The position numbers were made by a program, and so were the translations under genes. From Squalus acanthias (lineage: Eukaryota), in assembly GCA_030390025.1 (NCBI GenBank), contig CM059432.1, forward strand, positions 145,640,001 to 145,704,000: DNA of 64,000 nt. Reading direction: 5' to 3'. This document shows, in pieces, positions 50,402 to 62,282 of this stretch (its first letter is position 1; each line of letters begins with the position of its first letter). The notes under the pieces were generated by a model that did no database searches, was not told where the DNA came from, and saw only the letters and a program-made list of their open reading frames with translations.

Positions 50402-51293
50402 GGCCGGAATTTTCCCCGAAAAAAAGGGTGGGTTTTAGCATGGGGGCCGTTAAATTGTTAAAAATGGGATTCCCGACCTGATCCCGCCTCCAACCCGCCC
50501 ACTTCCGGTTTTAACGGGGCGGGCGGCCAATTTAAATATTATAATGAGGCTGGAAGCCTCTAATTTTTAATCTCCATTTTGAATTTAACTACATTTGGAT
50601 GGGTTTCACACAATTCGTGAAACCCAGTAGTTAAAGCAAGGCGCGGACTGCTGGATCCAGGAGATAGGTGGCTTTATACCTACCTCCTGGATCCAGGGTC
50701 CCTTCCTAACCCACCCCCCGCGATCGGAGACCCCACCGCGAGGCCTCTGATCGCCTTCCCAGGTCTCTGATCCCCACCATGAGGCCTCCCCCGCACATCC
50801 CACCAATGATGCTGAGGCTGGCCACAATCCTCGGGTGGCTGGCCCCGATTCGCTCTGCCCGCCCCCCCGCCCCACCGATCCTCGATCACTGGCGGCCCCC
50901 ACAATTCCCGACCCCTCCGATCCCCTACCCACGACCCCCCTGATCCCTGGCCAACCTCGATCCCCGATCCCCGGCCGACCCCTATCCCTGACCGACTACC
51001 CCGCCATCCCCGACCAACCACCCCCCCCCCCCCACCAACTCCCCAACTGAGCCCCCCACCCCTCCTTCCTCCGGACTGAATGCTCCCTCCCTCTCTGCAG
51101 CTGCAGGCCTACCCACCCGCAGCCAGCCAGCCTCTCCATCTGGCTGGCTGCGGGCGGGAAACTGAGGCCTCACATGCAAATTAGGCCCTGCCGTTAAAGT
51201 CGGCAGGGCCTGTGGTAAACCTGGCCTCCCGCGTTTCCCGCCCGCCTTGGCAGTCCCCCGCCCCAAACCACCTACCTCCAGAAAATTCCAGCC
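50402..51293. mobile_element. Harbinger-type MITE, CCCGCC-motif class, with C-rich core
   Basis: TIR GGCCGGAATTTTC / GAAAATTCCAGCC (12 of 13); no clear TSD. Confidence 0.75.
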
Positions 51294-51464
51294 AGCGATT
51301 CTGAACAACACCAAAAATTAAACACAATTAAAAAAACCTGACAACACAATTCCCATAAATATGCAAACATGTGCTACAGTAAATCCTAACTACAAACTCA
51401 CAAGACGAGAAAAAAATTCTGTTGGGAGGTCAAATTAACCATGCTTAGGAGACAGTAAAAATAA

Positions 51465-53589
51465 GAGTCCGCCTCCAACATTGCACAGAGCTCTGCACAC
51501 ACCATGGAGCCCATCATTTCCAGTCTGCAAAGGATGGTAGACTCCCAGAGAGACCGTGGCGACCCAGACCTGATGCCGCGTGTGATGGGTGATCTGGCAG
51601 CTTCAATTGCAGCACAGGCGGAAGCAACGCAACGTCTTAGTGCTGAAATGGAGTCTATGCTTGGTGGCATCCAATCTCAGACTGCTCTCATTGTGGCTGG
51701 GTCTCCCACCGTCGACCAGGGCTTTCACGGTGTCACAGCAGGCCAGGCAATCTGTGCTCCAGCAGATTGCTAGGGATGCTGAGGTGCTGCCCCGGGGGAG
51801 TGGCAGTGGGTCAGTAGAGCAGGAACCTGCTGTCTTCTCTCAGGATGACCGCATTCTTGCTCCCACCACTGCCACTCCGCCATTGCCCTTGTCGCTGCCT
51901 GTCATCCAGCCAGCCCAGACTGCTGCCGCCCATGCTGAGGTGGTGCAGTCTACAGCCAGGCCGTTCAGGTCCAGAGCTGGTCGAGGGTGTCCTGCAAGGC
52001 CATCTGAAGTCTCCCACATGGACACTCAGCAGCCTTCCACCAGCTGTGCTGCAGCCACTGGGTCAACACTTCATAGGAGCACTAGAGCAGGAAAAGGCAC
52101 AGTAACGACAGGCACTAAGGGATTGCACTAGGGTGAAAGGTAAATATATTTGGTGTAAATGAGTGTCCACTACTTTTTGATAAATGTATTACTTCACTTA
52201 CCATTCTTTTGTGGTGTCTCTCATTTCAGCTTTGCGCTGTGATGTGGCCTGCGAGAGGGATGGAATGATGGGGATGTGGTGAGTAAAGGGGATCTGGGGT
52301 TTAAGTCATCCTGGTGTGAGGCTGGAGATCTGTTTGGAGGAGGTGGCAGAGTCCTGTGACATGATGAGAGCCGTTTCGGTACTGTGGCAAGGGCGGAAGC
52401 CTGATTGGAGGGATTCAAACATGGAATTGCGGGAAAGATGGACACGGATTTGGGAGGCGACAACATGTTCAAGGACTTTGGAGAGGAAAGGGAGGTTGGA
52501 GATGGGGTGGTAGTTTGCAAGGACGGAGGGGGTCAAGGGTTGGTTTTGTGAGGAGAGGGGTGATTATGGCAGATTTGAGGGAGAGGGGGACAGTACCTGA
52601 GGAGAGAGAACCGTTAACAATGTCAGCTAACATGGGAGCCAGAAAATGAAGTTGGGTGGTCAGCAGTTTGGTGGGAATAGGGTCAAGGGAGCAGGAAATG
52701 GGTCTCATGGACAAGATAAGCACGGAGAGGTCATGAGGGGAGATTGGAGAGAAACTCGAGAAAGATGTGAGTTCAGGGCTAGGGCAGGGGGGAACCTTAG
52801 AGGAAGTTTGTCCCGGTGGGCTAGGGAAAGGAAGGGAAGTGGCAGAGGCAGCTGAACAGATGGTCTCAATCTTAGAGACAAAGAAGTCCATGAGCTCCTC
52901 ACACTTGTTGTTGGAGGTGAAGGTGGAGGAGACAGGGGGGTTTAAGAAGACGGTTAGCAGTAGAGAATAGGAGCCGGGGTTTATCTTTGTATTCCAGAAT
53001 GGTTCTGGAATAGTGAGCAATTTTGGCAGATAAGAGCAGGACCCGATAATGCTTTATGTGGTCCAGCCAGATCTGGCGGTGAATGGCTAAACCAGTTGCC
53101 TGTCATATCCGTTCAAGTCTGTGTCCCTTGGACTAAGGGAGCGAAGATGAGGGCCATACCGGGGAACGGCCAGGGTGAGAGAGAGTAATTACCCCCATTA
53201 ATGTTACCAAGTGTAGCAGTTTGAATCTTTGAAGAATAAATGTGGCTACTTTTTAGTTGCCAGAAGACTCCTGATACAAAAGCACCTTGAAATTACTGAA
53301 TGAAACTGATGATCCATTTAAACAACGTCCCTGGAGACAGCTTCCTGGTACTGCACGCCAGCTCTTACTGTCGGTGTTTACTCCAGGCAGTGAGGTAAGT
53401 AGTGAGAATCAATTTTGCAAATCGGGCAGTCAGTGAGCGTTGCACACTCATTGACGTCACGATCTACCTGTCATGGACGTTCCCGGTGATACCTCTTACC
53501 AGCAGCGCTACGGCGGGGGCTGGATTTGGCATGCGGTGCTGGATTCGCCTCACCCTGGCGATATTGGTCTAGCGCCCCATTTCCCCCCC
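51465..53589. mobile_element. Second, deleted copy of the 26235-32711 Harbinger family
   Basis: 51465-52304 matches 30204-31054; 52305-52340 matches ~31960-32006; 53192-53589 matches 32213-32711 including TIR ATTTCCCCCCC. Confidence 0.85.
52341..53190 (-). mobile_element. L2 LINE internal fragment
   Basis: SCSLDPIPTKLL, NYHPISNLPFLSKVLE, QSGFRPCHSTETAL are L2-clade RT motifs. Confidence 0.9.
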
Positions 53590-53760
53590 AAGAGTCTAAA
53601 TGGTGCAAAGATGAATCTATCTCGGAGTATAGATTCACAAATCATTGAAAGTAGCAATGCAGGTTAAAAAAGCCATAAAAGTGCAAATAAAGCACTGGGG
53701 TTCATTTCTAGAATAGAATTCAAAAGCAGAGAAGTTATGTTAAACTTGTATCGAACCTTG

Positions 53761-53945
53761 TCTGATTGTCTGATGATTTGGGTGGCAATATGGCATTAGC
53801 GTATATATGCTTTTAAGTGGTTGCTGTTGCTGTCGTTGTTCTAAAAGTTGTTGTTACTGTTTTAAAATTTGCTCATGGACGAAAAGGTCGCGCTCAAAGG
53901 AATTCGTGGCCCGCTCAGTACAAAAATAAATTAGAGGGAACATTG
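53761..53945. mobile_element. Possible hAT-type transposon end
   Basis: Ends in TTAGAGGGAACATTG (reverse complement CAATGTTCCCTCTAA), resembling recalled hAT termini; partner end not seen. Confidence 0.35.
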
Positions 53946-54030
53946 CTCATCACCACCTTCTCAAGGGCAATTAGGGATGGACAATAAATGCTGGCCTTGC
54001 CAGCGACGCCCTCATCCCGGAATGAAGAAA
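53945..54030 (+). mobile_element. 3' tail of the tRNA-headed LINE family
   Basis: Reverse complement of 2286-2370, ending in an A-rich tail. Confidence 0.8.
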
Positions 54031-55118
54031 AAAAGTAGGATCTTACTGAGCCTTGCTCAGGCTCCATGCGCCAACAGTGCTTGGGTCCCATACTATGGCC
54101 TTAGGCCTCAGTGCGCGATAATACATTATGCCCTTCCTGAGGCACTACAAAATTAGTGGCCCTGTGTCTGCACAGGACCAGAACTCAACCTGCGCTGAAG
54201 CCAAACTTCTACTTACACAACAGATGGCCCTTTTTTATTTTGACATTATGACCCAAGATCAGGCCAGCAGATTCCAGGAACATTACAGCTCACCTCAAAG
54301 TTACAGGGTTCGAGTGGGAGAGGTTCACTTTCAAAGTGAGGAAGTAGCCTTCTCTGATGAGTAGATTAGTTCTGAGTTTTACATATTTTGTTTCCTGTTG
54401 AATTTTTTATAATTCAGCTTTAATGAAAAAACGTGCACCGCATAACCACTGTTTTAATTTCCATGTTGTTATTTTTAACCATTTTGATTGGCAACCGCAG
54501 CTCTGACCTGTTTATCCTGTTAATGTGGGTGGTAGAATTCTGAGTGTGCTTTTAGGGGAGATGGCGACACGTAATGTAAGATCCTGAATTTGCGATTCCC
54601 TTGGCCACAGTGCAGTGTGAAGGGTTACTTGTGCAGCTATTAGTTTTAGAGAGTGACCAGTGTGTTGATGCCCAAAGCAGAAAGAGAGAGTGGCTAATGT
54701 GTTACCTTGCCTCCCTTGGTCAGGTCATTGAACTTCTTACGTCACAGGTCTGCAGTTCTGGGGTTGAGAGTTGGCACAGTGCCACTTCCCTCCACAAGGC
54801 ACACACATTTTTCACAAGTTGCTCCAATGGAGACCCGTGGTCACTCTCTCTCTCTCTTTGCTGACTCTCATTGAGGAGGGTATATAGGTCACTCTAACAC
54901 ATATTGCCTCTGCCTCTGTGCAGTGCCTTCATCCCGACAAAATCACACATGAGCCATCCATTGCAGTTAGCTGAGCCGAGCACTTCCTACTCACTTCATT
55001 CTCCCAGCCTGCTCCTGCACAGACATGGCCTTTTGTCGGCCGTACTCTGATTTCCAAGGACCCCAGCACATTTTACACTGGATTTCTGCTACAGAACCGT
55101 CAATGGTAATTGAGCGGA

Positions 55119-55450
55119 CCCAATAATGCGGGGGGGGGGTCGTTGCACTGCAGATCATCGATGGGCACAAGCCCAATAATGGGGGGATTGGTGCTGCAGA
55201 TCATTGATGGGCACAAGCCCAATAATGGGGGGATTGGTGCTGCAGATCATCGATGGGCACAAGCCCAATAATGGGGGGATTGGTGCTGCAGATCATTGAT
55301 GGGCACAAGCCCAATAATGGGGGGGGTCGCACTGCAGATCATCGATGGGCACAAGCCCAATAATGGGGGGATTGGTGCTGCAGATCATCGATGGGCACAA
55401 GCCCAATAATGGGGGGATTGGTGCTGCAGATCATTGGTGGGCAGAAGCCC
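55119..55450. repeat. 46-bp minisatellite, ~7 copies
   Basis: Unit TGCAGATCAT(C/T)GATGGGCACAAGCCCAATAATGGGGGGATTGGTGC. Confidence 0.95.
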
Positions 55451-55569
55451 CGGCTCACGTTGCAAACTAGCGTAATTGGCCCCATGAAATTTCAGGGTCC
55501 TGGATCTTAATCAGTCCCAGCGTCCAGCTGAGACTTTTCGTCTTTCAAAATACATCAGCAACAACAAAC

Positions 55570-56095
55570 GGCTCTTCCTTCATAAACTTGAGCTCATCCA
55601 AAATACTGCTGCCCGTATTCCTAACTCACACCAAGTCCTGTTCACCCATCACCCCTGTGCTCGCTGACCTACATTGGCTCCCGGTCCGGCAACGCCTCAA
55701 TTTAAAAATTCTCATCATTGTTTTCAAATCACTCCATGGCCTCGCCCCCTCCCTATCTCTTTATCCTCCTCCAGTCCTACAGAGATCTCTGCGCTCCTCT
55801 AATTCTGGCCTCTTGAACATCCCCGATTTTAATCTCTCCACCATTGGCAGCCATGCTTTTAGCTGCCTAGGCCTGAAGCTCTGGAATTCCCGCTCTAAAA
55901 CTCTCCGCCTCTCTACCTCTCTCTCCTCCTTTGAAGACGCTCCTTAAAACGAACCTCTTTGACCAAGCTTTTGGCCATCTGTCCTAATATCTCCTTATCT
56001 GGCTCATTGTCAAATTTTGTTTGATAATGTTCCTGTGAAGCGCCTTGGGACGTTTTACAACGTTAAAGGTGCTATATAAATACAAATTGTTTTTG
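55570..56095 (+). mobile_element. L2 LINE 3' end
   Basis: PITPVLADLHWLPVRQRLNLKIL..KSLHGLAP; tail AAAGGTGCTATATAAAT. Confidence 0.9.
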
Positions 56096-56151
56096 TTAAA
56101 CTGCAAAACAGAATTCTTTGAATATTTATAAAAGGTAAATTAGTATAAACA

Positions 56152-56620
56152 GTGTCAGCTGTGGCTCAGTGGGTGGCGCTCTCGCCTCTGAGTCAGAAGT
56201 TTGTGGGTTCAAGTCGCACTCCAGGGACTTAAGCCCAACAATCCAGGCTGACACTCCAGTGCAGTGCTGAGGGAGTGCTGCACTGTCAGAGGTGCCGTCT
56301 TTCAGATGAGATGTTAAACCGAGGACCCGTCTGCTCTCTCGGGTGGACGTAAAATATCCCATGGCACTATTTCGAAGAAGAGCAGGGGATTTATCCCCAG
56401 TGTCCTGACCAATATTTATCCCTCAATCAACATCACAAAGACAGATTATCTGGTCATTATCACATTTCGGTTTGTGGGAGCTTGCTGTGCGCAAATTGGC
56501 TGCCGCGATTCCCACATTACAACAGTGACTCCACTTCAAAAGTACTTCATTGGCTGTAAGGCACTTTGAGACGTCCGGTGGTCGTGAAAGGCGCTATATA
56601 AATGTAAGTCTTTCCTTCCT
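56152..56620 (+). mobile_element. Full-length tRNA-derived Deu-domain SINE (SacSINE1/AmnSINE-like)
   Basis: A box TGGCTCAGTGG, B box GGTTCAAGTC, Deu-like core, L2-like tail AAAGGCGCTATATAAAT, TAAACA on both flanks. Confidence 0.85.
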
Positions 56621-56654
56621 TATTAAACATGTAAAGTACCAAAAATAAATATTA

Positions 56655-56826
56655 CAAAAGCAAAATACAGCGGATGCTGGAAATCTGAAATAAAAACAGA
56701 AAATGCTGGAAACACTCAGCAGGTCAGGCAGCATCTGTGTCGAGAGAAACAGAGTTAACGCTTTAGGTCGATGACCTTTCGTCAGAACTGGAAAATGTTA
56801 CAGCTGTAACAGGTTTTAAGCAAGTG
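56655..56826 (-). mobile_element. Penelope-like terminal repeat fragment
   Basis: Reverse-complement match to 16655-16822. Confidence 0.8.
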
Positions 56827-57651
56827 GTAAATGTTCCGATTGAGCGAGGGTGGTGTGTGCAGCTCAGGGTTCTCCATCCATTCATGGGTCCGAACTGGAC
56901 TCATCCAATCAGAACTTCACTGTCAATACAGATACCTTCTCCTGTGTATAAACAGGTTTCGATAATATTTGTAAAATGGTCTTCAGTTTAGACAGGAACA
57001 TTGACATGAATCTTGTCATTCATGTGGAAATGACTTATGAAATAATACTGGGCGACCTGCTGGTGGCGCTGTCAGGGAGAGTATAAATACTTGGGCATGG
57101 GCCCAGCTTGCTCAGGACATTCTTTAACAGGAACTAGTAAAGGCCACAACTAGATCTCCATGTTGAAAAACAGTTGATTAAAGCTTTGTTTAACGCTTAG
57201 ACCAAGTGCCTAGTAGTTTTCTTACGTCAAACATAATCTTCAGCTGTCGTCAGAAAGACAAGCAGATCGTAGGCTGCACACAATTTGAGGCGAGGCTGGT
57301 TAATTAACAATCAAAAGAGGCATCTGGCTGCTTTTGCACTGAGCAAAGCCAGCCCAAGTGATCCAGGGATTAGGAATGACGATATGAAACATTCAGACCT
57401 GTGATCTCCGACTGCGGGCCTGAGCTGATTGAATAAACAATCAAATAATTGAGGCAACTGTTTCCAGCCACACACGAGGATTATGAATTCTCTTCCTGTC
57501 AGAACAAAGCCTCCATAAAGAAAAATTCAAGTGGCTAAAAGTAGAGATAATTGGCAAAAGAACCAGGGGTGAGATGAGGAGAATCTTTTTTACACAACGA
57601 GTTTTTCTGATCTGGAATCTGCTGCCTGAAAGGGCAGTGAAAGCAGATTCA

Positions 57652-60135
57652 TTGGAATCATAGAGTCATAGGGGGAGAAATTGAGTTGCGCCCCTTTGGG
57701 GCGCTAACTTCGCCGGGGCGCTACTTTCAGCACCCCCGCGGCTGAAATTGAGTGGTAGCGCCCCAAGAGAGAAGTGGGGCGCTACTGGAAGCACCCCGCC
57801 TCCCTCTTGGGGCGCTGCGAGGGAATATCGCAACACTACGTGCGCTGCAGCACATCGCGCCGCGGTATTGCAGGCCTTCCGCCCCTTCTTAAAGGGGAGG
57901 GGCCTTGCACAACGCGACCCGGGGCCCAGCTGGGCCACCGGGGATCGGAGTGCCGGCAAAAGAGCCCGGCACTCAAGAGAAGTGCCGGGCTCATGGAGCG
58001 CAGCTGGCACTCCGCGGGGAGGGCGGGTCAGGAGGACGGGGATGGGAGCGGAGGCAGGTGCTGGCAGGCGGCCAGCAACAAAAATGGCTGTCTGGAACCT
58101 CGCCTTTAAATAGCGCCGCCCCGGCCGCAGGTAGGCCCCCCTGACTCCGTCGGACATAGCGTCCGACGGTAAGTCAGGGGGCGCTGCACACGCCGATGAC
58201 GTCATTGCTGGCGGCGCAGCGCCGCGGGGCGCTAACGGTTAGCGCCGCCGCAAACCTCCCGCTGAATTTCACGGGAGGCGTTGGCGGCGCTACACCCGGG
58301 TACTAGTTGCTTTGCGCCCCGTTAGCGCCCTCTTAGGGTGCCAACAGGAGGCGCAAAGCAGCCGAAATTTTCCCCTATAGAGTCATAATGGCACAGAAGG
58401 AGGCCATTTGGCCCATCGAGTCCGTGCCGGTTCTCTGTAGAGCAATCCAGTCAGTCCCATTCCCCCGCTCTATCCCCGTAGCCCTGCAAGTTTATTTCCC
58501 TCAAGTGCCTATCCAGTCTCCCCTTGAAAACATTGAGTGTGTCCGCTTCCACCACTTCCGTTGGCAGCGAGTTCCAGGTCATCACCACTCGCTGTGTAAA
58601 AAAGTTTTTCCTCACGTCCCCCCTGTATCTCTTGCCCAAAACCTTAAATCTGTGTCTCCTAGTCCTTGTACCATCAACTAGTGGGAAAAGCCTTTCCCTG
58701 TCTAGTCTATCCAAACCCGTCATAATCTTGTACACCTCTATCAAATCACCCCTCAACCTCCTTTGCTATAATGAAAACAAATTCAGCTTCTTCAACCTGT
58801 CCTTGTAGCTAAGATCCCCCATCCCCAGAACCACTCTGGTAAATCTCCTCTGCACCCTCTCAAGGGCCTTCACATCCTTCCCAAAGTGTGGTGACCAGAA
58901 CTGGGCGCAATACTCCAGTTGTCACCTAACCAGGTTATAAATGTTCAGCATAACTTCTCTACTTTTGTACTCAATACCTCTATTTATGAAGCTTTGCTAA
59001 CCACTCTCTCAATATGTCCTGCCACCTTCAGGGACCTATGCACATTAACTCCCAGGTCCCTCTGTCCCTGCACACTCTTTAAAACTGTGCCATTAAGTAT
59101 ATATTGCCTCTCCCTGTTCCTTCTGCCAAAATGCATCACCTCACACTTCTCTGTATTAAATTCCATCTGCCACTTGTCTGCCCATTCTGCTAGCCTTTCT
59201 ATGTCCTGTTGCAGTCGATTGATATCATCATCACTGTTTGCCACACCCCCAAGTTTGGCGTCATTGGCAAATTTAGAAATTCTACTCTGTATTCCAATAT
59301 CCAGGTCATTTATATATATCAAAAAAAACAGTGGCCCCAGCACTGACCCTTGGAGAACACCACTGTCTACCATCCTCCTGTCTGAAAAACAGCCATTTAC
59401 CACAACTCGCTGTTTTCTGTCCTTAAGCCAATTCTTTATCCAGGCTGCCACTGACCCACCTATTCCATGAGCCTCAATTTTGTTAACCAGCCTTCTATGT
59501 GGTACTTTGTCAAACGCCTTCCAAAAATCCATGGAGACGACATCCATTGCATTCCCTTCATCAATCCTCTCTGTTTCTTCGCCAAAAATTTCAAATCGAT
59601 TAATCAAACTCGATCTGCCTTTTACAAACCCGTGTTGGCTCTCCTTAATTAGCTTAAACCTTTACAAATGCCCATTAATTTTTTCCTTGATTATTGTTTC
59701 TAAAACTTTACCCACCACCGATGTTAAACTGACCAGCCTGTAATTAGTAGGATTGTCCTTACACCCTTTCTTGAACAATGGTGTCACATTTGCCACTTTC
59801 CAATCCTCAGGCACCTCCCCCGCATCTAGGGAAGATTGGAAAATTATGGCAAGCCCTTCCACTATCTCCTCCCCCAATTCCCTTAGCAACCTGGGATGCA
59901 AGCCATCTGGACCAGGCGACTTGTCCAATCTAAGCATACCCAGCCTTTCTAGTGCATCCTGTCTATCAATTTTCACCCCTTCCATTGCTTCTACCTTTTC
60001 CACTTCTACCGATATTTTGTCAGCATCCACCTCCTTAGTAAACACCGATACAAAGTACTCATTGAGTATTCTAGCCTTGCCCTGCACCTCTAAGCATATA
60101 TCACTTTCTTTCTCTCTAATAGGCCCCACCCCGCC
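57652..60135 (-). mobile_element. CR1 3' half with MITE inserted in its microsatellite tail
   Basis: RT motifs in ORFs 59662-60129, 58984-59607, 58451-58756; (ATAGAGTC)n on the plus strand. Confidence 0.9.
57671..58376. mobile_element. Harbinger-type MITE, same family as 37421-38193
   Basis: TIR GGGGGAGAAATT / AAATTTTCCCCT; TSD ATA; colinear inverted similarity to 37421-38193. Confidence 0.9.
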
Positions 60136-60213
60136 TTAGTAACTTTCAAAAGGGAATTGGATAAATTCTTGAAGGGAAAACATTTACAGGGCTATGGGGG
60201 AGTTGGACTAATT

Positions 60214-62282
60214 TATAGAATCATAGAAATTTACAGCACAGAAGGAGGCCATTCGGCCCATCGTGTCTACGCGGCCGAAAAAGAGCCATCCGGCCTAATC
60301 CCACTGTCCAGCTCTTGGTCCGTAGCCTTGTAGGTTACGACACTTCAAGTGCACATCTAAGCACTTTTTAAATGTGATGAGGGTTTCTGCCTCTACCACC
60401 CTTCCAGACCCCCACCACCCTCTGAGTGAAAAAAGTTCTCCTCAACTCCCCTCTAATCCTTCCACCAATTACTTTAAATCTATGCCCCCGGGTTATTGAC
60501 CTCTCTGCTAAGGGAAATAGGTCCTTCCTATCCATGCTATCTGGGCCCCTCATAATTTTATACACCTCAATTAAGTCTCCCCTCAGCCTCCATTGTTCCA
60601 AAGTAAACAACTCCAGCCTATCCAATCTTTCCTCATAGCTAAAATTCTCCAGTCCTGGCAACATCCTCGTAAATCTCCTCTGTCCTCCCTCTAGTGCAAA
60701 CACATCTTTCCTGTAATGTGGTGACCAGAACTGCACGCAGTACACTTAGCTGTGGCCTAACTAGTGTTTTATACAGTTCAAGTATAACCTCTCTGCTCTT
60801 ATATTCTATGCCCCGGCTAATAAAAGAAAGTATCCCCTATGCCTTATTATCCACCTTATCTACCTGTCCTGCTACCTTCAGGGATCTGTGGACATGCACT
60901 CCAAGGTCCCTCTGTTCCTCTACACTTCTCAGTATCTTACAATTTATTGTGTATTCCCTTGCCTTGTTATCCCTCCCCAAATGCAGTACCTCACCACTTC
61001 TCCAGATTGAATTCCATATGTCACTTTTCTGTCCACCTGACTAGTCCATTAATATCTTCCTGCAGTCTACAGCTTTCTTCCTATCAACCACACAGCCAAT
61101 TTTTGTATGATCTGCAAACTTCTTAATCATGCCCCCTACATTTAAGTCTAAATCATTGATATATACCACAAAACGCGAGGGATCTAGTACCGAGCCCTGC
61201 GGAACCCCACTGGAAACAGCCTTCCATTCACAAAAACCCCGTCGACCATTACCCTTTTCTTCCTGCCACTGAGCCAATTTTGGATCCAACTTGCCACTTT
61301 CCCTTGGATCCCATGGGTTAATGGCCCGTATTTTCCGATCGGAGGCTTCCTGCGTGAGGAGGCCTCCAATCTGGAAAAAATCTACGCCCTTATCTGAGGG
61401 CTCCCGAGGTCCGGCCATTTCCGATCCTGGGCCTCTGCTCTACGAAATGCACAGGGCTCAGGTATCCCAGGGGCGCATGGGGTTCGCAAGCATCCCTGGG
61501 ATCACGTGGGCCATGGGGAACTAATGAAAGAAGGGAATCTCCCTTCATACTTTTGACAGCTTAGACCTGTCAAAAGTATGAATGGAGATCACTCCAAAAA
61601 CACATTAAAACATTAAATACATTTTTTTAAATCACGTTTTTAAAATTAGTTAAAATTACATTAAATGTAATATTTTAAACAAAAATTTAATTTTTTGAAA
61701 AAAAATTAAAGTTTTTTACGGGGCTAAAAATAAACTTACCTTTTTTAAAAGTATTTTAAAATTATAAATGAGTGGAAAAAACATTATTTTACTTTTTTAA
61801 ACTCTTATGCTGGTAAAAGCAGGCCTTATGCCTGCTTTTACCAGGCGTAAGATTTTTAAGTGATTTCAGCGGGCGGAGGTTGTGCAGAAAGCGGAACTCT
61901 CCCCCACAGAGGCCCTTCTCCAGGGCAGGCGTGCGATCTGTCAAGAGGATTCTTGACAGATCGGAAGTGCCGGTTTTCAGCGCATGCGCTTCGCATGCCT
62001 GAAACCGGCATTTGTGAGGTCCCTACGGGTGCGTACACAGTTTGTACACACCCGTAGGAATCGGAAAATATGGGCCATTACTTTTCTGACCAGTCCAGTC
62101 TGCCATGTGAGACCCTGTCAAAACCCTTGCTAAAATCCATGTAGACTACATCAAATGTGCCACCCTCATCAACCCTCCTTAAAAATTTCAATCAAGTTAG
62201 TCAGACACGACCGTCCCTTAATAAATCCATGCTGATTGTCTTTGATCAATCCATGCCTTTCTAAATGACGATTAATACTGTC
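60214..62282 (-). mobile_element. CR1 3' half interrupted by MITE 61322-62077
   Basis: [30 protein letters not shown]; (TTCTATGA)n tail. Confidence 0.9.
61322..62077. mobile_element. Hairpin-array MITE, probably Harbinger-type
   Basis: 18-bp TIR TGGCCCGTATTTTCCGAT / ATCGGAAAATATGGGCCA (1 mismatch), flanked by TAA/TTA; CR1 resumes on both sides. Confidence 0.88.

Noticed and set aside
8926..62077. Specific targeting of CR1 by Harbinger elements
   Set aside because: Insertion points within CR1 differ and CR1 occupies a large share of the window, so chance is sufficient without a genome-wide test
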